DNA of 59,692 nt from Phycisphaerales bacterium (GTDB lineage: Bacteria > Planctomycetota > Phycisphaerae > Phycisphaerales > UBA1924): NCBI GenBank assembly GCA_035654175.1, contig DASRXL010000059.1, forward strand, positions 1 to 59,692, read 5' to 3'. Positions 37,759 to 47,143 of the stretch are shown piece after piece. Both the position numbers and the translations under genes were made by a program. Below the pieces are notes generated by a model, which was not told the origin of the DNA, made no database searches, and saw only the letters and a list, made by a program, of their open reading frames with translations. Within the stretch, counting starts at the first letter, position 1. Each line of letters starts with the position of its first letter.

Positions 37759-37942
37759 GGGGCAAGAATAGGTCGTTGCGGCCGGTGCGCCCTCGCGTGG
37801 GGCGGTCCGGCCGCACCCCAGATGCGTCGCGGCCCTTCGGACAGAATCCTTGAACCGGCCGGCCCGGCGCTGTAGGTTCGGCCCTGGGGGCCGCGCTTGT
37901 GAATTCGCCGGCCGCCGGATCGAGCATCGAGAGGAGCCGACC

Positions 37943-38606
37943 ATGAAGATGCAGCACCTGGGCGTGGCCGCTCTGGCCGCCCGAGCGCTCTGCCCCGCAG
38001 CGAGCGCCGACGTGGTGGTGTTCGACAACACCGATGGCACGTTCGTCTGGGTCGAGGAGAACGTGGACGGGCAGGATCCGACCTATCTGGACATCACGCA
38101 GCCCTCCACGCAGTCGGGCGCTGCCAGCGGCCGTTCTCTCTGGAAGTACCACGAGGTGCCGTACGGCACGCCGCACTGGAATACGTGGGACCTCCGGTCC
38201 CAGACCGACTCGGCCCTGATCACCGAGATCGCGCCGGTGACCATCGAGGACGAGGACGGCGGCGCACGTGAGTTCTGGTTCCTGCGGGGGCTTGCGATCG
38301 GTGACGTCGTCGGCCCCGACAGCACGTTCCGCAATCGGGGCTACAGCGAAGTCAGCAACGGCTACACAGACCCGCCGGTGCACGTCGAAGTCGGGCTTCC
38401 GGCGTATGTCGGGCTCTCGGTGCTGATCGCCGGAGAGACCCACTACGGCTGGCTCCTCATGGACGAGAGCTACCGGCCCCTGATGTGGGGCGTACGAGAC
38501 CGCGCCCGATACGCCGGTCATCATCGTGCCGGCTCCCGCGGGCGCGGCGATGCTCCTCGGGGCGGCTCTCGTCCGACGTCGGCGCCGCGTGGCCGGGGTG
38601 GCGTGA
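37943..38606 (+). pseudogene. Secreted PEP-CTERM protein gene with an apparent +1 frameshift at a G run
   Basis: GAGAGGAG RBS and MKMQHLGVAALAARALCPAASA signal peptide. After ...YRPLMWG (GGGG at 38487-38490) the native continuation AYETAPDTPVIIVPAPAGAAMLLGAALVRRRRRVAGVA-stop lies in the next frame. Confidence 0.6.
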
Positions 38607-38779
38607 GTTCCCGGCGCGGAGCGAGCAGCGCCCCCGACTCATCAAGGGGTTCGGGCCTGGCTCGATGCTCGTGACCAGGTCGCGGTACGCAGAGTTTACG
38701 GAGTGCTCGCCGGACACGGCGCGACGCCACGTCCGACCCCACTGCTTCGGGGGTCGAGGAGCCGCATGGCTCTGACCTC

Positions 38780-39547
38780 TCAGGCGCCGGTGTCACAGCG
38801 ACTCGCGCCCCGCACAGGCGAGGGCCGGGCCGGAACGCGGGCATCATACCGGCGGCGGAGCCAAACGACGACAAGGGTCGAGTCCACTGAGAGGAGCGCG
38901 ACCAGCGCGATTTGCGCGGCCGGGATCCACACGAACCGGGGCTCCAGCTCATGGCGGGGATAGGTGTGCAGGCCTCGGGCGACGAGGTCGGCGAGGTCCG
39001 TGTGAGGGGCGTGGCGGCGAAGGTAGTCGATGACGACGTGCTTGGGGCCGGTCGGGTCGACGGCGGCGCCGCTGAGACGGCCCATCGGGCCGCGCAGGTC
39101 GTGGTCGAATGCGACGCTCACGACTCGGATCCATGGCAGCGTGAGACCCAAATCTTCGATCTCGAGCGGCGTCACGTCGAGCGACAGCGTGTCGAAGCTC
39201 TCGATCCACTCATGGCCCCGATCTTCGTACCTAGTGGGGAGCGCCCTGTGGCGATCGCCGATATTGGTGCGCGTGCCGGCGCGGCCCCACTGCATGCGGA
39301 TGTCCTCCGCGGCCTCGGCGTCGTCGTAGCTGAACCCGTCGATCTCCGGGTGCTCGCCGCGATCGAAGGCGTGCAGCGCTCCCTCGACAGCCACGAGCCT
39401 GACGTCCTCGCGTTCCCGCCGGTACCAGCCGCCGATCTCGTTCGAGACGAACACACTCATCCAGAGCGCGCCAGCGCTGACGCCTGCGATGATCACCGCG
39501 AGCGCGATCCTGCGCCGGCTCGGCACGCCTTGAAGCGTGGTTGTCAT
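38780..39547 (-). CDS. Hypothetical membrane protein (N- and C-terminal TM helices)
   Basis: Start re-called at MTTTLQGVPSRRRIALAVIIAGVSAGALWM; the C-terminal helix is IPAAQIALVALLSVDSTLVVVWL. It is the 3' part of a 917-aa composite track ORF. Confidence 0.55.
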   Translation of the reverse strand: MTTTLQGVPSRRRIALAVIIAGVSAGALWMSVFVSNEIGGWYRREREDVRLVAVEGALHAFDRGEHPEIDGFSYDDAEAAEDIRMQWGRAGTRTNIGDRHRALPTRYEDRGHEWIESFDTLSLDVTPLEIEDLGLTLPWIRVVSVAFDHDLRGPMGRLSGAAVDPTGPKHVVIDYLRRHAPHTDLADLVARGLHTYPRHELEPRFVWIPAAQIALVALLSVDSTLVVVWLRRRYDARVPARPSPVRGASRCDTGA

Positions 39548-39582
39548 CGAGATTCCTCCCCTGCGCGAGACTCCGGCGCCCC

Positions 39583-41490
39583 CTATCCCTCCGCCACAAA
39601 CGCCACCGCACCCAACGGCGGCAGCGTCACCGCCACCGACCGCGCCCGCCCGTGCATCGGCGCCGCGTCCGCGTGCACCCGCTGCTGCCACGCGTAGCCG
39701 CTGCCCCCGAAGTCCTCGCTGTCGGAGTCGAAGAGCTTCCGCCAGCGCGAGCCCTGGGCCACGCCCAGCCTGTAGTTGTCCCGCGGCACGGGCGTGAAGT
39801 TGAACGCGCACAGCACCGGCGGCGAGCCGTCCGCCGCGTGCCGGAAGAAGGCCAGCACGGAGTTGTCGCGGTCGTCGCAGTGCACCCACTCGAACCCCTG
39901 CTCCTCGCAGTCGGCCTGGTGCAGCGCGGGGTGCTCGCGGTAGAGGCGGTTCAGCGTCCGCACCAATTCCTGCATCCCCGCGTGCTCGCGGTAGTGCGTC
40001 AGGTGCCAGTCGAGGCTCCTGTCGTGCCGCCACTCCTCGCGCTGCCCGAACTCGCCGCCCATGAAGAGCAGCTTCTTCCCCGGCAGCAGCCACTGGTAGG
40101 CAAGCAGGAGGCGCAGATTCGCGAACTTCTGCCAGTCGTCGCCCGGCATCTTCGCCAGCAGCGAGCCCTTGCCGTGCACCACCTCGTCGTGGCTGAGCGG
40201 CAGCACGTAGCTCTCGGTGAAGGCGTACAGGCCGCGGAAGGTCAGCTCGTCGTGGTGCCAGCGCCGGTGCGCCGGGTCGCGCTGAAAGTATCGCAGCGTG
40301 TCGTTCATCCACCCCATGTCCCACTTGAAGCCGAAGCCGAGGCCGCCGCCCTCCACCGGGCGGGACACGCCCGCGAACGCCGTGGATTCCTCCGCGATCG
40401 TCATGATGTCCGGGTGCAGCCCGTAGAGCGTGGTGTTCAGCCGGCGCAGGAACTCGATCGCCTCCACGTTCTCCTTGCCGCCGAAGCGGTTGGGCACCCA
40501 CTCGCCCTGCTTGCGCGAGTAGTCGAGGTAGAGCATGCTCGCGACGGCGTCCACGCGCACGCCGTCGGCGTGGAACCGCTCGATCCAGTGGTTCGCCGAG
40601 CTCAGCAGGAACGAGCGCACCTCGTGCCGCCCGTAGTTGAAGATGAACGAGCCCCAGTCGGGGTGGAAGCCCTGCCGCGGATCCTCGTGCTCGTAGAGGT
40701 GCGTGCCGTCGAAGGCGATGAGCCCGTGACCGTCGGTGGCGAAGTGCGACGGCACCCAGTCGAGGATCACCCCGATCCCCGCCCCGTGCAGCGTGTCCAC
40801 GAACTCCATGAAGTCGTCCGGCGAGCCGAACCGGCTCGTGGGCGCGAAGTACCCCGTCGTCTGGTATCCCCACGACCCGTCGAACGGGTGCTCCATCACC
40901 GGCAGGAGCTCCACGTGCGTGAAGCCGAGCCAGCCGACGTACTCCGCCAACTGCTCCGCGGCCTCGCGGTACGAAAGCGGCCGGTTCCCCTCCTCCGGCA
41001 CCCGCCTCCACGAGCCGAGGTGCAGCTCGTAGATCGAGACGGGCCGGCGCCGCCAGTCGTCGCGCCGGCGCGCCTCCATCCAGGGCGCGTCGCGCCACTC
41101 GTGCGCGGGGAACCACACCTTCGAGGCCGAGTAGGGCGGCGTCTCGGCGTGGATGGCCACCGGGTCGGCCTTCTGCGCCTCGTGCCCCTGCACGCCGGAG
41201 CGGACGAAATACTTGTAATTCGCGCCCGCGTCCACGCCCGCGACGAAGCCCTCCCATATCCCCGACGCCCCGCGCGGCGAGAGCGGGGTCGCGAGCGCGT
41301 CCCACGCGTTGAAATCGCCCACCACGTGCACGGACCGCGCCCCGGGCGCCCACACCGCGAAGTGCGCCCCCCGCCGCCCCTCGACCTCCGCCGGCTGCGC
41401 CCCCAGCTTCTCGCCCAGGTGCGCGTGCGTGCCCTCGTTGAAGAGGTAGAGGTCGTCCTCCGTGATGATCCGGGTCTGCGTGCGCGTCAT
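39583..41490 (-). CDS. glgB: 1,4-alpha-glucan branching enzyme
   Basis: HFAVWAPGARSVHVVGDFNAWD, GVILDWVPSHF, DGVRVDAVASMLY and MTIAEEST (GH13 conserved regions). Start re-called at MTRTQTRI. Confidence 0.9.
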   Translation of the reverse strand: MTRTQTRIITEDDLYLFNEGTHAHLGEKLGAQPAEVEGRRGAHFAVWAPGARSVHVVGDFNAWDALATPLSPRGASGIWEGFVAGVDAGANYKYFVRSGVQGHEAQKADPVAIHAETPPYSASKVWFPAHEWRDAPWMEARRRDDWRRRPVSIYELHLGSWRRVPEEGNRPLSYREAAEQLAEYVGWLGFTHVELLPVMEHPFDGSWGYQTTGYFAPTSRFGSPDDFMEFVDTLHGAGIGVILDWVPSHFATDGHGLIAFDGTHLYEHEDPRQGFHPDWGSFIFNYGRHEVRSFLLSSANHWIERFHADGVRVDAVASMLYLDYSRKQGEWVPNRFGGKENVEAIEFLRRLNTTLYGLHPDIMTIAEESTAFAGVSRPVEGGGLGFGFKWDMGWMNDTLRYFQRDPAHRRWHHDELTFRGLYAFTESYVLPLSHDEVVHGKGSLLAKMPGDDWQKFANLRLLLAYQWLLPGKKLLFMGGEFGQREEWRHDRSLDWHLTHYREHAGMQELVRTLNRLYREHPALHQADCEEQGFEWVHCDDRDNSVLAFFRHAADGSPPVLCAFNFTPVPRDNYRLGVAQGSRWRKLFDSDSEDFGGSGYAWQQRVHADAAPMHGRARSVAVTLPPLGAVAFVAEG

Positions 41491-41615
41491 GCCTCTTCCT
41501 CGCGGCATCGTACTCGCCCCGCTCCCGCCGCACGCGGTCGGCCCCGCACCCGGTCCGCGCCCGGCCCTCCCGCGCCCGCCGCTAGAATCGCCCGACGCGC
41601 CCCGAGACGACGCCG

Positions 41616-43484
41616 ATGACATTCATGTCGCCCGTCCATCCCGTCAGCCACGCGCCCGAGGTGGACGCCAACCGCGCCCCCGCAGGCGTGCTCCTCGCGG
41701 AGATCGGCTGGGAGGTGTGCAACCCCGTCGGCGGCATCTACCAAGTGCTCCGCTCCAAGGCGCCGAGCATGGTGCAGCGCTGGCAGAACCGCTACCTCAT
41801 GGTCGGGCCCTACGCGGGCCAGAAAAGCCTCCTCGAGCTGGAGCCCCGCCGCCCCACCGGCTGGCTCGCCCAGGTCGTCGAGGCCCTCAAGGCCGAGGGC
41901 ATCACCGCGCATACCGGGCGGTGGCTCGTGCAGAGCCGCCCGCGCGCCCTGCTCCTTGAGCACCGCGTCAGCGCCCCGAAGCTCGACGAGATCAAGTACC
42001 GCATCTGGAAGGAGCACGGCCTCGAATCCCCCGGCCAGGACGAGCTCGCCGACGGCGTGATCTCCTTCTGCGACGCGGTGCACAGGATGATGGGCGTCCT
42101 CTGCCGCATCTGGGAGGGGCGCGGCCAGCAGAGCCGGCGCGTGCTCGCCCACTTCCACGAGTGGATGAGCGGGCTCGCCATCCCCATGGTCCGGCGCGAC
42201 CAGCTCAACTGCGCCGTCGTCTTCACCACCCACGCCACGCTGCTCGGCCGGTATATCGCCTCCAGCGAGGGCGATTTCTACGGGCGGCTCCCCTCGATCA
42301 ACCACGAGGCCGAGGCGAAGCGCTACGGCATCGGCTACCAGCACCACTACGAGCGCGCCGCCGCCCACGGCGCCCACGTTATGACCACCATCTCCCCAAT
42401 CACCGCCGAGGAGTGCACCGTGCTGCTCGGGCGCAAGCCCGACCTCATCCTGCCCAACGGCCTCAACATCCAGCGCTACAACGTCGGCCACGAGTTCCAG
42501 ACGCTCCACGCCCAGTTCAAGGAGCGCATCCACGAGTTCGTGATGGGCCACTTCTTCCCCAGCTACTCCTTCGACCTCGAAAAGACCACCTACATGTTCA
42601 CCAGCGGACGCTACGAGCCCCGCAACAAGGGCTTCGACCTGTGCCTCGAGGCCTGCGCCCGCCTCAACCAGCAGCTCCGGCGCGAGGAGTCGCCCCGCAC
42701 CGTCGTCTTCTTCATCGTCACCCGGCGCGACCACCGCCACCTCAAGCCCGAGGTGCTCCAGTCCCGCGGCGTGCTCGCCGAGCTGCGCGAGGTCTGCCGC
42801 GCCATCACCAACGACATGGGCGAGGAGCTGTTCCGCAAGGCCGCCGCCGGAGAGCGCGTCACCCTCGACGACCTCCTCAAGGAGTACTGGCGCCTCCGCC
42901 TCCGGCGCACCCAGGCCGCCCTCAAGACCGGCCGCCTGCCTCCCGTCGTCACCCACACCCTCGCCGACGAGGACGACGACGAGGTCCTCCGCACCATCCG
43001 CCGCCTCGGCCTGGTCAACAGCCCCGAGGACCGCGTCAAGATCGTCTACCACCCCGACTTCATCTCCACCACCAACCCCTTGTGGGGCATCGAGTACGAG
43101 CAGTTCGTCCGCGGCTGCCACCTGGGCCTCTTCCCAAGCGCCTACGAGCCATGGGGTTACACGCCGCTCGAGTGCGTCGCCTTGGGCGTCCCCGCCGTCA
43201 CCAGCGACCTCGCCGGCTTCGGGCGCTACGTCGCCGAGAACTTCCCCGACCACGACCGCTGGGGCATGTACATCATCCCCCGGCGCGGCCGCGCCAACGA
43301 CGAGGCCGCGGAAACTCTCGCCCGGCGCATGTGGGAGTTCTGCCGCCTCGACCGGCGCGGGCGCATCCAGATCCGCAACGAGGTCGAACGCCGCAGCTGG
43401 AACTTCGAGTGGGAGAAGCTCGGCCGCCCCTACCACGTCGCCCACGACCTCGCCGTCGCGCGGGCGAAAGTCGGCACCTACTGA
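41616..43484 (+). CDS. GT3-type (eukaryote-like) glycogen synthase
   Basis: EIGWEVCNPVGGIYQVLRSKA and FHEWMSGLA near the N-terminus; C-terminal PSAYEPWGYTPLECVALGVPAVTSDLAGFG. Confidence 0.85.
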   Translation: MTFMSPVHPVSHAPEVDANRAPAGVLLAEIGWEVCNPVGGIYQVLRSKAPSMVQRWQNRYLMVGPYAGQKSLLELEPRRPTGWLAQVVEALKAEGITAHTGRWLVQSRPRALLLEHRVSAPKLDEIKYRIWKEHGLESPGQDELADGVISFCDAVHRMMGVLCRIWEGRGQQSRRVLAHFHEWMSGLAIPMVRRDQLNCAVVFTTHATLLGRYIASSEGDFYGRLPSINHEAEAKRYGIGYQHHYERAAAHGAHVMTTISPITAEECTVLLGRKPDLILPNGLNIQRYNVGHEFQTLHAQFKERIHEFVMGHFFPSYSFDLEKTTYMFTSGRYEPRNKGFDLCLEACARLNQQLRREESPRTVVFFIVTRRDHRHLKPEVLQSRGVLAELREVCRAITNDMGEELFRKAAAGERVTLDDLLKEYWRLRLRRTQAALKTGRLPPVVTHTLADEDDDEVLRTIRRLGLVNSPEDRVKIVYHPDFISTTNPLWGIEYEQFVRGCHLGLFPSAYEPWGYTPLECVALGVPAVTSDLAGFGRYVAENFPDHDRWGMYIIPRRGRANDEAAETLARRMWEFCRLDRRGRIQIRNEVERRSWNFEWEKLGRPYHVAHDLAVARAKVGTY

Positions 43485-43691
43485 TCGGTCCACGGTGCAT
43501 GTCGGGTGCCGTGGTCTGAGCCGTGCCGTGACGGCGAAGGCCACGCGGCGCGACCGATCGCGTGGCCTCCGCTCGTCCCGGCGCGCCGGGACGCTCCGAC
43601 CACAGGCACCCGGCGTTCGCTCCGCGTTCTCCGCGTCTTCTCCGCCCCTCCGCGTTCGTTTCCCCCCGCTACGCTACGCCCGGAGGAAGCG

Positions 43692-45647
43692 ATGACCCGC
43701 ATCTTCGGCGCCGACGCGGAGTGGCTCGAGGCCGACGGCCTCGGCGGCTATGCCTCGGGCGCCGTCTCCGGCATCCGCTCCCGCCGCTACCACGCCCTGC
43801 TCCTCGCCGCGCGCACCCCGCCCACCGACCGCGTCGCGCTCGTCCAGGGGCTCGAGGTGTGGGCCAGGCCCACCGGCAAGAGCGGCGCCCAGGAAACGCC
43901 GCTCTGCGCCCACCGCTACGAGCCCGGCGTCGTCCACCCCTCCGGCTTCAAATGGATCGAGAGCTTCACCACCGATCCCTGGCCCACGTGGGTCTACCGC
44001 CTCGACGACGGCGCTCGAATTCAGCACGAGATCTTCGTGCCCAGCGGGCGCGCCGCGTGCGTGATCACCTGGCGGCTGCTCACGTCCACCCGTGCCGTCT
44101 CGCTCCGCGTGCGTCCGCTCATCGGCGTCCGCGAGTACCACAGCCTGCAGCGCGAGAATGGATCGTTCAACTTCCACGCCGAGACCGCCGACGGCGCCGT
44201 CACGTGGCGCCCCTACTGGGGCATGCCGCGCGTCCGCATCCAGTTCAACGGCGCCTACACCCCCAGGCCCGACTGGTACCGCAACTTCCTCTACGAGACG
44301 GAGCGCTCCCGGGGCCTGGACTCGATCGAAGACCTCGCCTCCCCGGGCGAGTTCACCTTCGATCTCACCGACGGTGCGCCCGAGGCCTGCCTCATCCTCT
44401 CCACCGACACGCCCCCCGAGCGACCCCTCCCGCCGGGCGATCCCGCGCCCATCGTCGCCGGCCTGCGCCGGTCCGAACGCTCCCGCCGCGCCGCCCTGGG
44501 CGCCGGCCTCGCCCGCGCCGCCGACGCCTACATCGTCCGCCGCGGCATCGCCTCCACCATCATCGCCGGATACCCCTGGTTCACCGACTGGGGACGCGAC
44601 ACGTTCATCTCCATCCGCGGCCTGTGCATCGCCACCGGACGCCTCGAAGAGGCCCGTCAGATCCTCACCGAATGGTCCCGCGCCCAGGTCGAGGGCCTGC
44701 TCCCCAACCGCTTCCCGGATGTCGGCGAAGCCCCCGAGTTCAACTCCGTGGACGCCGCGCTCTGGTACGTCCAGGCAGCGCACGACTTCCTCGCAGCCGC
44801 GAAGCGGGCCAGAGGGCTCGATCTCTCCCCCGGCGACGAGAAGATCATCCGCCGCACCTGCGTCCGCGCCCTCCAGGCCTACGCCGCCGGCACCATGCAC
44901 GGCATCCGCATGGACCGCGACGGCCTGCTCTCCTGCGGCGAGGGCGACTCGAGCCTCACGTGGATGGACGCGCGCGTCGAGGCCCACGCCGTCACGCCCC
45001 GCGTCGGCAAGCCCGTCGAGGTGCAGGCGCTCTGGATCAACGCCCTCAAGCTCGCGTCGATCGACGAGCCCAAGCTCGGCCCTCTCGCCGAGAAGGCCGC
45101 AAAGACGTTCCACGAGAGTTTCTGGAACCCGAAGCTCGGCTGCCTCTTCGACGTGCTCGACGCCGGGCACGACGCGGGCGCACGCGACGAGAGCATCCGG
45201 CCGAACCAGTTGCTCGCGGTGGGGGGCCTCACGCACCCGCTCCTGGCCGGCGAGCGCGCCCGCGCCGTCGTCGATCTCTGCGAGCGCAAGCTCCTCACGC
45301 CCATGGGCCCGCGCACGCTCGACCCCGCCGACCCCGCGTACGTCGGCTCCTACGCCGGCGACGTGCGCCGCCGCGACCACGCCTACCACAACGGCACCGT
45401 CTGGCCCTGGCTGCTCGGCCCCTTCGTCGAGGCGTGGGTCCGAGTCCGCGGCTCGACGCCAGCCATCAAGCGCGAGGCGCGCGACCGCTTCCTGCGCCCG
45501 CTCCTCGAGAGCTCCGCATCCTTCGGTCTCGGCCACATCGCCGAGATCGCGGACGGCGATCCGCCGCACACCCCCGGCGGCTGCCCCTTCCAGGCCTGGA
45601 GCGTGGGCGAGGCCCTCCGCCTCGACAGAGTTGTCCTCGCCGAATGA
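43692..45647 (+). CDS. Glycogen debranching enzyme (amylo-alpha-1,6-glucosidase, GDE_C family)
   Basis: RRYHALLLAA, GYPWFTDWGRDTFISIRGL and YHNGTVWPWLLGPF. Start re-called at MTRIFGADAEW. Confidence 0.85.
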   Translation: MTRIFGADAEWLEADGLGGYASGAVSGIRSRRYHALLLAARTPPTDRVALVQGLEVWARPTGKSGAQETPLCAHRYEPGVVHPSGFKWIESFTTDPWPTWVYRLDDGARIQHEIFVPSGRAACVITWRLLTSTRAVSLRVRPLIGVREYHSLQRENGSFNFHAETADGAVTWRPYWGMPRVRIQFNGAYTPRPDWYRNFLYETERSRGLDSIEDLASPGEFTFDLTDGAPEACLILSTDTPPERPLPPGDPAPIVAGLRRSERSRRAALGAGLARAADAYIVRRGIASTIIAGYPWFTDWGRDTFISIRGLCIATGRLEEARQILTEWSRAQVEGLLPNRFPDVGEAPEFNSVDAALWYVQAAHDFLAAAKRARGLDLSPGDEKIIRRTCVRALQAYAAGTMHGIRMDRDGLLSCGEGDSSLTWMDARVEAHAVTPRVGKPVEVQALWINALKLASIDEPKLGPLAEKAAKTFHESFWNPKLGCLFDVLDAGHDAGARDESIRPNQLLAVGGLTHPLLAGERARAVVDLCERKLLTPMGPRTLDPADPAYVGSYAGDVRRRDHAYHNGTVWPWLLGPFVEAWVRVRGSTPAIKREARDRFLRPLLESSASFGLGHIAEIADGDPPHTPGGCPFQAWSVGEALRLDRVVLAE

Positions 45648-45705
45648 TCCGCAACCCACCGCGGCGCCGCGAGCGCCGCGCCGAGTCCTCCAAGGAGATT
45701 GAGCA

Positions 45706-46344
45706 ATGGCGAAGAAGGCCGCGAAGAAGACCGCCCGGAAAACCACCAAAAACGGCGCCAGCAAGTCCGCCCGCGGCGCCGCCAAGAAGTCCGCAAAGAA
45801 GACGGGCGGGAAGTCCGTCGCGGGCGCGGGCGGCGCAAGCGCCGCCGCCGGCAAGAAGACGGGCAAGAAGACGGGGAAGAAGAAGGCCGCCTCGCGCGCC
45901 GACGCGCTCGCCCCGCGCCCCATCAACAGCGGGCGCGGCGCCACGCCCGCGGAGATCGGCCAGGACCTCGTGAACATGGTCAACGCCGGCGTCAAGGAGG
46001 AGGAGATCTGGGCCAAGTGGTTCCACCCCAAATTCGTCTCGATCGAGGGCGGCAACATGAACATGGCCTGGCACGGCAGACGCGCCGCCAAGTCCAAGGC
46101 CGACTGGTGGTACAGCAACCACAAGGTGCACTCGATGAAGGCCAAGGGCCCCTACATAGGCGCGACCGGCTTCGGCGTGAAGTTCAACCTGGACGTCGAG
46201 GAGATCTCGACCGGCAAGCGCTGGCAGGGCGACGAGCTCGCCTTCTACTCCGTCCTCAACGGCAAGGTGGTCCAGGAGGAGTTCATGGGCAAGCCCATGC
46301 CCGCCGGCGACGCCGCACCCACCGAGGACCAGGTCCCGATCTGA
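45706..46344 (+). CDS. Protein with histone H1-like Lys/Ala-rich N-terminus and NTF2/SnoaL-like C-terminal domain
   Basis: MAKKAAKKTARKTTKNGASKSARGAAKKSAKKTGGK... followed by a globular domain of about 130 aa (WFHPKFVSIEGG...WWYSNHKVHS...AFYSVLNGKVVQEEF). The domain call is tentative. Confidence 0.6.
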   Translation: MAKKAAKKTARKTTKNGASKSARGAAKKSAKKTGGKSVAGAGGASAAAGKKTGKKTGKKKAASRADALAPRPINSGRGATPAEIGQDLVNMVNAGVKEEEIWAKWFHPKFVSIEGGNMNMAWHGRRAAKSKADWWYSNHKVHSMKAKGPYIGATGFGVKFNLDVEEISTGKRWQGDELAFYSVLNGKVVQEEFMGKPMPAGDAAPTEDQVPI

Positions 46345-46413
46345 CCGCCTGACATGCTTCCCCGGGATACCGGCGGCTCGCCCACCATCGCGTCCGCCCA
46401 TCTCCGCGGGCGC

Positions 46414-46449
46414 CACTGGTCAGCCTCGGCGTTGCGAGGCTGACCAGTG
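46414..46449. terminator. Bidirectional stem-loop between convergent genes
   Basis: CACTGGTCAGCCTCG / CGAGGCTGACCAGTG is a 15-bp perfect stem with a 6-nt loop (GCGTTG), between the 45706..46344 gene and trxA. There is no clear U-tract. Confidence 0.6.
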
Positions 46450-46508
46450 CGCCAGTGCTCCGCCCGTCGTCGCCGGTCTGCGCCACTGGCGGCTTGTCCG
46501 CCAGGGCT

Positions 46509-46841
46509 TCACGCCGCGAGCAACTGCTCCAGCGCTCCCGCGAGCACCTCCCGCGGCCTCAGGCCCACCACGCGCCCCACCTCCTGCCCGTCCTTCAGGA
46601 ACACGATCGTGGGGATCGACTGCACCCCGAACTTGCCCGCGATCCGCGGCGACTCGTCCACGTTCACCTTCGCCACCTTGGCCCGCCCCTGATACTCCTC
46701 CGCGATCGCATCCACAATCGGACCCACGGCGCGGCACGGCGGGCACCACGGCGCCCAGAAGTCGATCATCGCCACTCCCTCCCGCGTCTCCGCGTCGAAG
46801 GTGGTCTGGTCCAGATGCAGCGTCGAAGCGTTCGTGCTCAT
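46509..46841 (-). CDS. trxA: Thioredoxin
   Basis: FWAPWCPPCR active site; 110 aa. Confidence 0.9.
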   Translation of the reverse strand: MSTNASTLHLDQTTFDAETREGVAMIDFWAPWCPPCRAVGPIVDAIAEEYQGRAKVAKVNVDESPRIAGKFGVQSIPTIVFLKDGQEVGRVVGLRPREVLAGALEQLLAA

Positions 46842-47143
46842 CGCGGTCTCCTTATGCCTGCTCCGCGGCCGCGTCGTCGCGCCGGGGCCCCCGTTCCTTC
46901 TACGAACGCCGTGCCGCGCTCCGGGTTGGGTAATTGCCGGATTCCCGCCCCGCCCCCCGACCCCGCCGCTCTCCCGTTCTCGGACCCGGGGCGGCCGATT
47001 TGAGCGGCGGGTATCCCTATTTGACGTCCTTGCCGGTATGCTCGCCGCCGGGGGACGGGATGCCGGGGGGCCGGTCCGTCCGCCACGCCGCTGTCAATCT
47101 GGCCGCGTCGGCCGCGGCCGCCGTCTCAAAAGGGAATCGATCC

